Shown here one piece after another: positions 51,001 to 61,261 of a stretch of DNA of 64,000 bases (the stretch's first letter is position 1; every line of letters begins with the position of its first letter). Under the pieces are notes generated by a model. The model was not told the DNA's origin. It searched no databases and saw only the letters and a list, made by a program, of their open reading frames with translations. The translations under genes and the position numbers were made by a program. Source of the stretch: Stylophora pistillata (lineage: Eukaryota); contig NW_019218252.1 of the NCBI RefSeq assembly GCF_002571385.2, forward strand, positions 4,181 to 68,180, written 5' to 3'.

Positions 51001-54000
51001 AGTGTAACACAAATGATGCCTTTAAGTCTCTATGCAGTTAGAACACCTCACCTGGTCGGGATCATTCCATTGTCCTGGTCCAGCAACAGGTATCATTTCA
51101 TGTTGGTGATCACCATACCATTCAACAATTCTAACCATACTGAGCCAAGAATCCTTGGACATATGATAATAAAAAAGTTGTCAAGAACAAAGAGAAAGCA
51201 ATAATGATGCAGTACAGGGATTAATTACTAGAAGAAATTTTGGTTCAAAATGATGAAATAAACATCACTGCTTTTAGTAGTTACTTTATAATGATGCGTG
51301 TTACCTGTATGTCATTGTAATTCCTCCATAAATTACAGTGCTTTGCAATGAGCTGGTAATTGGGCTGGCAAGCAAATTAAGAACATTCATAATCACAATT
51401 GATCCTTGCAGCTAATTTGCAATAATTACAAAGTAACAGCATAGACGTAAAGCTATATTTTATATGTGAAAGTCCCTCCAATTCAATTTAAGTGGATCCT
51501 AAAACCCTAAAACTTGACAGAAAAAAGTATCTGGCTCCTGAGAAAGTTACTTCACTTCTGATATGGTAGTGAAGGCTGAAAGTTGTCTGCAAATAAACTA
51601 AAAGTTATAATCTTACACAACTAACATAGAAACATAATCAAAATAAGTCTATGCTCTGTGACACTGATAGGGGCAGGCCAGTGTAGTGGCTAGATAGTTA
51701 TTTAGCTGAGATTCATAAAAAAATTCATAATGATTGCAAAATTACCGTCATTCCACCCCACACTTGATACGCAGGCCAGCTACAGGAGAACACAATATGT
51801 CTCCCTGTTTCATTCAGTGCCCTTGTTACTGTGGGATAACCCTCGTCAAATGTAAGAGGATCAGCAAAACAACCGTCCATCTTAAGATAATCCACACCCC
51901 AGTCAGCAAACAACTACAAATGAAAAACAAAACAGGAACATATATAACAGAGTGATGAATTTTATCTCTCACATGTGCCTACGCCAGCAAACAGGTACAG
52001 CAGAAACTGCGACATCTATCTTGCTTGCAAACCACGGAAATTATTATTGTATGATATGCAAGTGGTAGTGTTTTCATTTGGTTTGAGTATTGTATTTTAA
52101 GGAGTTTTGCATGCAAATTGGTTTAACTGGGATACCATTTCAATGATGTTTCAGACAATGATTTTTTAGAGAGTATTATGTAACGGTAAACATCAGTGAG
52201 CAAAGAGGTACCTGCATGTCCTGCTGAATGTAGTCTATGCTTCCTGGATAACGCTCACAGGTTAGATGACCATAATCTAGAAGAAAACAAAGTTCAAGTC
52301 AGAGCAATTATTGTAAGAGATTGACAATTACTATTTTGACCTTGTACCTCTGGGAAATTTAGATAACATAAACGACAGCCATAATGAAAAAACTATGTCC
52401 GGTGTTCCTTAGTGTAGAGTGCTTAGGTTGTGGTACTAATATTACCTCTTGTTTAATTTTTTTCACCAACTAATTTCACCATGGAAAATTGATTTGTTAG
52501 AATTACGAATAAAACCAACCAGGCCACAGTGCTTGACACTTTTTATGGTCACTACACCACATCGGACAAGTCTTAGAGTTGTTTTAGTTGCTCACAGACT
52601 GAGATGTTTCACATGCCCCTGGCAATGAGGCAAGAATTAGTGTTGAACACTGGACAAGGTGGAAAAGATGTTACAGGGACAAATTTGGTTAAAACATAAC
52701 AACAAAATCCAATTCCTGAGTGTTCTGCCATTTCATGAACAGTTTACCTGCATATAATCCAAACTTGAGACCTTTGGAATGAATCTGAAGAAAATAATGA
52801 TTGATAAAAGAAAATTCAATAAATCTGTGATGGAGAGTCGCAAATTCCAGAAAATGGTTGGAACTAAAGAGAAAGAGTCCTGGTATTGTCTGTTTTGCAC
52901 AATAGATGACATTACTTTACAAAGAGGTTTGATCTGTACATCACTCAACTTATAATTTACTGTTAGAAAGAATTTATTTCATTGGGGTTATGTGGGGTAA
53001 AAATCATCAAATCACCAGGAAGCTAGAGAGGAGTACAAGGATTGGAGCGTGTGTCTAATTTAATTTAATTTAATTTATTAGCTTGGCTGACAAGTAGGGA
53101 CCCCCTAACAGCTTGCACCAATTACTGCGGGCCCTGGTACCCACCAATCCCACCCCAGGGGAGGACATCCATCACACAGTGATCTCGTGCATGGGAAATT
53201 AATGTCTCCTACCCCTACCCTGCAGGAGACGGGACCTATAATTTATTCGTCCTTATCCGAGAAGACTAGAGTGTCTATCCATTTCCTGATATTATAGAAA
53301 GGTAGCACATTCTCCTCAGTAATTTTAAGACCTTGAGTGTTGGTCCGGCCGGGCTTGAACCCTCGACCTCCTGCTCAACAGTCTGGCACTCTATCCATTA
53401 AGCTAACCAGGAGGTGGTTGTCTCTCTTTCTTCCCACTGGCTTACATCCCCCCTTCTCCCAACCTCCTCCCCTCACCCCTACTGTGGCTCTAGTTTCCCT
53501 CACTCTGGTTCCAGTTCAGTGCCCAGCTTGCCATAAATTATTAGTTCACTTTGTTGTTTTTTTTCTTCCTTGCCCTGAGAGTTGTTCTTCCCATTCTGCT
53601 GTTTTCCTCCTCCCTCCTCCCAAAAACCAACACTCCAAATTCAAACTCAATCGGGAGACATTTAAAAAAGAGCCTGCTGCCGATGTGCCTCTGAGTCTAA
53701 TAAATTCCACTCTACTATTATCTACCTTTATTCTTAATCATTATTATCACTTACATAATCAGCAAGCTTCTTAATTCCACTTGGAAATCTTGTAGGATCT
53801 GGCTGAAGATCACCTTCTAATGTGCGATTGTAGGAAGCCCAGCAATCCTGATATATAAGTCACCACAGTGTTAAAATTAGGAGATATAATAATATTGTAA
53901 AGTGTGTTAATTTGTTATAAACCCTTTCACTCCCCAGGAGTTATCAAAAAGGAGTTTCTCCTTACAATTATCAGCACTCTCCAGCAAACAGGTGATGAGA

Positions 54001-55521
54001 AAAAGACACATACCACTTTAGAAATATCACTTTTGATTCAACACCAAATTCTCCTACCTTAAATGAAAAAAAATGTATCAAAGATAGAGAAGGGGGGTGC
54101 TATACAGATCTTGATAGTTTGGGGGTTAAAAATAAAGATGGTACGAACAAAGAATTCTCACTGCTGTGGCTTTCATTGCTTCTCATCTATACTGTCAGGA
54201 TTTCGCTAAGATACCTGAACTTCCCCTCTTTGGGAAAAAACACCAAAAGCCAAAAGCCAAAAATTCAGTTTTACCAGAAAACAGTGGACAACAAAGTATA
54301 CTATGTGTAGATGTATACACCATGGCTAAAATCCAGTTTCATTATTTTTTATGATTTATTATTCAATTGGCCAGTTTAAATTCTGAACTACAACCTACTA
54401 CACAGGTGAGGTGGTAATTATATATATACTAGTAACTGTCAACCTTACTACATGATAAAGTAAAGTCTGTTTACAAGCCAAGTAGCCCATCAGGCCTGTG
54501 CTTAACTCTGGTTTCTGTTGCATGAAGCAACTTGGAGTATTCTACTCTTCCATAGATGCCTAAGAACACAACACAATGTCCCCAGTGAGCCAGGGTTTGA
54601 ACCCAAGACCACTTGATCCAGAGTTGTCAGGGCACTAACCATGAGGCCATCACCCCTCGCACTACTACATAATAACTTACATAATACCATGTTCTACACG
54701 CATCAAATCATAAGTAGCTAAAAAGTTTTGCATGGCACTCACGTCTATACAGACGTATTTGTATCCAGCTTTTTGAAAGCCATCTTCAGCAATGCGATCA
54801 GCCATTTGCATGAACAATTTTTCACTTCAGAAGAAAAAAAAATAACGATTTATAAAATACCAAAGAAGGAAGGTGAAATCTTAAAATCTAGTAAACATTA
54901 TACTGTTTACATATCTAACCTCAAAAAAATGTTTTTCCCAGCTTTACCCCTCATTCACTAGGAATCTCAGAGTGCATATTGTGCACATTTCACTTCATCG
55001 ATAAAAATAAAGTTCTTAAAAATTTCACGGTATTTTAAGAGGTATATTCAAATAATGAGATTGCAAACAAGTTTGAGCTTGCGCTTTAACGTTTTAGCGC
55101 CTTCATAGTACCCGGTATTTAAACTAAAGGCTTTTTAACTTTTACCTGACACAATTTTGTGGATCATCGTCACAGTCTATGTTACATCGAAATCTCTCCC
55201 ATGCCATCCATCCCACTGAAAATAATGTCATTGGGAAATCATTTATAGGGTTGTTTGTTCAAATAGAGACTTAGTTTAATGAAATATGAAAACGCGTAGC
55301 ACAAAAGTTGTGCATCCAGTCAAAACAGCTGATAGAGGAAAAAAAAACATTCTTGTATCAATATCTAAAAAAAAATACGGTCTCTTATTTCTCACTTATC
55401 TGCAACTAACTATTAAAGGCGTACTTGGTGGAGTGATGGCTAAGCCATTGTCAAGGGCATGTGCTGGAAATATGACCAGAAATTTTAAGAAAATAATCAA
55501 ATTTCCAAACAGCGCCGACAT
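48019..55521 (-). CDS. NAGA: Alpha-N-acetylgalactosaminidase (GH27), paralog 2 (14 exons); in-frame TAA in exon 10
   Basis: Exons 55521-55425, 55215-55146, 54824-54743, 53847-53755, 52784-52748, 52276-52212, 51913-51746, 51364-51305, 51153-51052, 50417-50343, 50199-50135, 49767-49710, 49036-48920 (acceptor uncertain), 48162-48019. [22 protein letters not shown]. Exon 10 reads [16 protein letters not shown], with TAA at 50390-50388. Confidence 0.88.
49265..49520. repeat. Degenerate 20-bp tandem repeat in two blocks
   Basis: Unit tctaaaatcggacactagtg, clearest at 49415-49520. Confidence 0.8.
49843..50065 (+). mobile_element. Degenerate tRNA-derived SINE related to 56579-56860
   Basis: tggtaagaatgctcgcttcc...gggttcgattc...catatg...ttgttgattctc...tccgagagtttttcccagg. 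Confidence 0.65.
53056..53418 (-). mobile_element. tRNA-derived SINE, copy B (same family as 47612-47965)
   Basis: Collinear with copy A, roughly 90% identical by eye; (AAATT)n tail. Confidence 0.85.
53917..54128. mobile_element. MITE, TTAA/CCC-ended family
   Basis: taaaccctttcactcccc ... gggggttaa. Confidence 0.65.
54455..54662 (-). mobile_element. Internally deleted tRNA-derived SINE of a third family
   Basis: Minus strand tggcctcatggttagtgccc...gggttcaaaccctgg...acattgtgttgtgttctt, with a (cttta)n-like tail. Confidence 0.6.
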
Positions 55522-55700
55522 GATCTTCCTCTCCTTTATCTAAAGCGCCAGCGACATCTATTTCTGCAGTCAGCGGTGACTTTTGAGGTAATTTTAAAGA
55601 GCCAATCAGCACAAAATATTTTCTAAATTTTTACCAATCAGCGATCACAGTTGACAAGTTTGAAAACAAAGCGCTAGCGATAATTTTCAAACTGACAAAG
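55522..55700. promoter_or_regulatory. Compact bidirectional promoter: two CCAAT boxes 32 bp apart plus CHR-like TTTGAA
   Basis: ccaatcagc at 55602 and 55634; TTTGAA at 55659-55664; 179 bp between divergent ATGs. Confidence 0.65.
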
Positions 55701-56661
55701 ATGGCGGAAGACGCCAAAGAGAAGGAAGAAACCTGGTTTTCCGCTGAACTCAAATTTTTAGAAGCTGAATACGAAAGATCTAAGCTGCAGGTGTACCAGG
55801 ATACGCTTTTCTGCAAACGTTCTATGGTAGAATTAGAGCTCTTGTACAAAAATGAGCAGCTTACAAAGAGTGTTCGTGTCAATAACAAACTCCGAGAACA
55901 CGACTGCAGACTGAAGGTAAAAGTGAAAGACAATGGTGGAAGATCTAGTTATTTACCCACATAAAGTCATTTGTAGTTCTTACCTCATTCAATTTCGCAC
56001 TTATGGTAGTCTTGATGAATTCGGGCGTCAATCTTCTCCCGTGTTTTTACTTTTAGGAGCAACTTGAATCCCTGTCAACAGAACTCAAGAACGCGACAAG
56101 CCAGCAAGAAACTGCTCAAAAGACACTGCAGGTAAATGCCGATTGCTAAGTCCTGTTTTCTCGAGCCTTCTCGGGATCGGCGAAATAGATCGAGATACTG
56201 TAATGTAGGGTCCATTTCGGGTAACCTGTGGAAACTCTCCTCCTCGGAAATCTTGACGCAAACGAGCCAACCCTAGGACCAAGGTTTATACATCATATAT
56301 AGGTCTCAAAAAAGATATTTAAAATTTAATTTTAGAGTGTCTAGATTTTTTATCTATCTATCTTGCCCATTGTGCCTCCTAGCATGTAGGGCAGCAACAA
56401 AAGCTCTCCACTCCCGTCTGTCTTTGGCCAGTCTCTGGACTGGGTGCCAGGTAAGGTTGAGGCTCTTCAGCAAGAGCTGTTTTGGTAATGTCATCAGGTT
56501 CTTTCCTCAGTACGTGGCCAATCCATCTCCATCTTCTTTTCATTAATTTGTTCTCAATCCTCTCCTGATGACATGGAAGGGGGGCAGGGTTGGTGTAGTG
56601 GTGAGAGTGCTCGCCTTCCACCAATGTGTCCCGGGTTCGATTCCCGGACCCGGCGTCATAT

Positions 56662-56693
<32 letters not shown>

Positions 56694-59600
56694 CCGAGAG
56701 GTTTTTCTCCGGGTACTCCGGTTTTCCCCTCTCCTCAAAAACCATCATCATATGAGTTTATTTAATTTAGATTTTATTTGGATTTACACACGACCCCACA
56801 AACTGTTCAGCTTTAAACATTATCGTGTCTAAATAAAGGTGTTATTATTGTTACTATTACATCTGTATCATTATTGTAAAAATCATTATCATTGTCATTT
56901 TATTCATGCTTGTTATAGCTATTATCACCATCATTCTAACTTTAACCCATAGGATGAAAAAATTCAGCATCTTCAAGAGAAGAAAGAACTGGAAGACAGA
57001 ATGAAATCGGAGATGGATAGGAAAATTGAAAAATACAGAGCCACTTCGAGTAACAAGGAAAATCTATTGAAAAGGGAGATTATGACATGGAAGGTAATTT
57101 TCATGAAGCGTTTTCTAACAAACAAGAAAGTAAAAACTGCTTGCCAGCCTTAAAAGATGTATTCATTACGATGGTCCAAGTTCCGGAATTTATACACGTC
57201 TTAGAGAATAGTTCTTGAACCCCTCTCTTATGAAAACTCCTCCATTGCTTAAGCCATGCCTTAGTTTTTTTGTCATATTTTTCTATTTATTTCCGCAAAG
57301 GACAAGCAGGTTCAAGCATCTAAGGACGCTGAAGACCTTAGAAGGGAGTTGAAAAAGAAAAAAGTTTCAATGAGGGTAAATATTTTCTTTTTCCTTTCGC
57401 CATCTTATTCTTGAAGATTAAGGCGTTTTTGGTGCTGTTTTCCATTTTTTGAGCGTTTCCAGTCAGGCCCATACGCGCTACATGAACTGATTTTTCTCTT
57501 TATGGTCAGCTGCACGAATTCAGACTGGCTTCAATTCGTGTAACTGATTGCAAAATTCAGTCAGTATGACAGCTTTTCACACACAAAGTCATAGCACGCG
57601 AGACAAATTGTCGCGGCGATTTGTCGTGGAAGCAGTTCATACAGAGCCGGGCTTGTTGTTCAGACTTGCCGCTGCGCGATGCCGTCTAGTTGGCCCAGCC
57701 TTTCAGTGCACCCAAACGTAATCCAGAAAAACGAACGAATGCGAAGGAAACGCTTTCTGCAACTCAACTAGCTTCTGATTATTTGACGCAAACACGAATG
57801 AATCTAATCAAGGATCCGGTATTTTCTCTTTGGATCAAGACTAAGGGTATTCAAGCAAGGACTGATGTGAACAACGCTTCGACAATGACTCAAGTTGATT
57901 CTCAAAAGAGTAACGCCTCGACGCAAGTGCAGTCTTCAACTTCGATGAGCGAACTTTCCCAGGGGTCTAATTATGATGGCCAAGAGATTGGAAGAGATCT
58001 AAAAAATGGGAATGGAAGCGACAATGGAAAGAAGGATGTTGTGAAAGAAGATGGGAAAGTGAATAGCAAGGGTGGAAGAAAAAAAGCGGAACCGAAGAAA
58101 GATCAACGCAAAAATGAAAAGGGGAGAAAAGCGAAAGATAAAACTGTCCAAGACAATAAGAAAGAAAAAGAAGATGACAAATTTGGTAAGAAAATAATCG
58201 AAGAAAAACAAAAGAGTCTTCGAAAGAAGAAAGTTCTTTGTGATCATAAGGTTACATGTGAGGGGAATACTTCAACTCTTACAGGAAAACAAGCGGCGAA
58301 ACCTCAGAGAGATTCAAGTACACTGAGAGAGGCGCCGAGAGAATTCCTTCAACCCAGCAACGTCAGACGTTTCTCCATAGCAGCCAGTGCTTCTGTAGAG
58401 GATGACGTCCCTTTTCAGTATTGCAAAACCCCGAGAAGGTTACAGAAATCACCAGAGATTGATAAAAATCTGGAGAAAGGTGAAGATAAACCTGGTAAAG
58501 AGGTTCAAGCTGAAGAAATAAAATCAATAAAAGAGAGACGTTGTGAAATTGTACGAGAGATGTTAAAACATGTAGTTGTTGAGGATACTGCAAACAGGGG
58601 AGAATTGGAAAGTGGCGACGAAGCAAAAGGGAACTTAAATAACCACGAATTACAAGATCACGAAAAGAAATTTGAGAAAACAGCTTCACAGAAGCAGATT
58701 CCAAAAAGTACGAATCCAGGGACTGGGGAAGAGAAGAGCTTATCCACTGACGAAGACAACGATTTCTTTCTTGATTTAAGTGAAGAACATAAACAATGGA
58801 CCGGGGAAAATGAAAAAGCAGAGGAGTCTTCCAAAGATGAGCGGAATGAAGAGTTCTCAGGCGTCCGAGAACAGGATAAGAAAAAACGTAAGAGCATAAA
58901 GGAAAAGGGAAGCCAAAGACAAGCAACATCGGCAGAGGAAAAGCCTTCACCTGCGGAAGAAAAAGGGATTGAGCTGAGAAGTGCACATGGCAATAGAGAT
59001 CATGGGTCAAGAAAAGTCTTGAGAAGGAGAGCTAAGGAAATTAAACAAAAAACAAATATTATTGAAGGCGAGACCGTGACAAAGAAAGCCAAAACCAGCG
59101 TCGAATGTCTGAAAGGTCGCGAACCCGCCATTTTGAAGAAATCATCACCAGAAGTTGAGCCATTTTCCCGTGACATTGAGATGCCATCAAGCGAAATTGA
59201 TCGCCCGCGTGTTGACAAGTTACGCCCCTCACGAGGAACGACAGCTCACAAACCTCTTGACGGGACATCTCAACTACCGGAAACAGAAGTGCTGGGAGGG
59301 TTGAGTAAAAGGGCATCCGCTCATGGCCAACTTTTCAAAGATCTTGAATCGGATGAAGGGAAGTTAGTATTAAACGACAATCCAATCAAAACGGTCGAAG
59401 AAACATTCTCTGTCCATGAAAAACCCTCGCATAGCGAGAAATTCCAACGAGGGCTTGAAGTTAACAATGAAAAGGAGAAAAATGGCCTTTCCTCGAAGAA
59501 CAGAAACTGGAAACAAAAAGAGGAGCAGTTACAAGCAGTTGATGATGTCACTGAATCAAAGAGAAAACGAGACGTACACACAACTGACGTGGATTCCAAC

Positions 59601-61261
59601 ACGCAACTAACGAGTCAGACTCATGAACAGAAGTCGCAGGACAAAGGTCGATCGAGAAGAAACAAGCAAGGTCCCCCAGAGGCAAGAGGCGAAGAAAAAA
59701 TAACAAAGGGCTCAAAAGAAAACACCCTGCGTGGCAAACAGACGGGACAAAAGAAAAGGTAAGAGATCTTTCCTTATTTTCCTGAAGTTGATGAGGTTTT
59801 GTTTAGGAAGTGGAGATTTTTTTTGCGGAAAGATGATTGAAATTTTTCAAAAGCGTGACGATTCGAACCTCAGACCTTACGATTTTTCAGTCTGATGCTT
59901 GACCAGCTGAGCTACAGAACACTCGGAAATGAACCGGACCTTTCCAGGATCAGAGATGTACAGATCATTTTGAGGCATTTCAAGCTTATTAAGAGAAATC
60001 ACTTTTTTTTTCCTAGTCGCTACTCCATCTCCATTGGCGGTTTCACTTACAATAAATCGTCTTAATTAGTAAGTACTCAGAATTCAAAAGCGCCCTCGAC
60101 TGACCGCCGCCAATGAACGCCACCTCGAAAACGCAAATAAAAATTATCAACGCCGTAGCGTTTAATCAAATAGCTTGGGGGGGGGTCCAATATCATTGAA
60201 ATTCCTTCTTCCCTTTTCCAACAACGGCACGCAGAGATGACGCCAATAAGACGAAACAACATCCGAGTGTTAGAAAGAAACAGTAAGTTTTCGGCGTTGA
60301 AGGGTATTTTGATACAAATACTGCTGTGAAAAACAGTGTCGAGACTATGACCTTGCAAAATATTCCTCAATGGATCACTTTCGTCGGGAATTTCAACTAT
60401 GACAAGCTCAATAACAATACTGTCTTCAAGTTTAGATACTTCATTTAAAAATACCAGACGAGAAAAATCTTTCTAGAGGCAAAATGTTTATATTTCCAGT
60501 TTCTTCTCTTTACTTATTTTTAAAACGAAATATCTTTCCAAGGACTCCATTTGAAATGTATTTCTTTGTGCGGCCTTCTCACGAGGGACACTTGGGTCGT
60601 AGAAATCTCTTAGATTGTTCAAACTGTGCAAAACCTCAAACAAAAACAAAAAAATGTGGCTAAGTTGAACTTGAAAGATTCCATGACCCTCGGGGTATTT
60701 TGATAACCATCAGAAAGAGACACACTAGGTTGCCCATCATGTAACGACATCACTCAGGGCTTGTTGAAACTAGGGTTACTTGATTTAAAGTCAAACGCTC
60801 TGTCAATAGGGAGTTGAGCTCGTTTGTAGACACGTAAAATAACGTGATTAAAACCTCTGTTTTTGTCTGGTCTTAGGAAACCTATTTCGAGTGCTCGTGA
60901 GGTGTTAGCTCCGCCCGAAAAGCAGTTTGGCTCGACCTGCACCTCAAGTACTGAAAACCCATCCATATTAGACTGCACCAAAAAACGCAAGACTTTGTTC
61001 AACTCGCGAGAAAATTCGCTACTGGTTCAGAGGCCAGATGTACAGGTAAGCAAATGAAAGGAGAGAAGAAAAATAGAATTATGTGATGATCATGTTTTTT
61101 TTATCCTGATTCATTTTAGTATTTACATAATTTCTTTCTTCAAACAGATATCGTTTGTGAATAAGACTCTATCGAGAAGCCGTGCCAATGCTGGTATTCC
61201 GCCTTCCTTGTCAGCCTTCATGAGAAGTTTCATTGCTCCAAAGCTCAAGAAATCCACCTGA
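55701..61261 (+). CDS. Uncharacterised protein (~902 aa): N-terminal coiled coil, long Lys/Glu-rich disordered region, short basic C-terminal motifs
   Basis: Exons 55701-55916, 56057-56131, 56953-57093, 57301-57375, 57840-59758, 60877-61045, 61148-61261; all GT-AG, phase-consistent, no internal stop. C-terminus KKRKTLFN...SFIAPKLKKST. Confidence 0.75.
56350..56570 (-). mobile_element. RTE-clade-like LINE 3' fragment
   Basis: KRRWRWIGHVLRKEPDDITKTAL, then in another frame WRAFVAALHARRHNGQ; (ATAG)n tail. Confidence 0.7.
56579..56860 (+). mobile_element. tRNA-derived SINE with a V-domain-like centre
   Basis: A box TGGTGTAGTGG, B box GGTTCGATTCC, then tgtggattgagtttgttggttctc...tttctccgggtactccggttttcccctc; ends AATAAA plus (TTA)n. 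Confidence 0.8.

Noticed and set aside
5688-59602. Many 60-215 aa ORFs in the track (e.g. 5688-6236, 7425-7772, 19366-19743, 31969-32352, 46824-47249, 53337-53774, 58363-59010)
   Set aside because: They are antisense shadows of real exons or translations of microsatellites, SINEs and MITEs, with no independent domain evidence.
59845-59918. tRNA-like sequence on the minus strand (also the SINE heads near 47900, 53350 and 56580)
   Set aside because: A/B boxes are present but there is no complete cloverleaf or acceptor stem; these are SINE-type derivatives, not tRNA genes.
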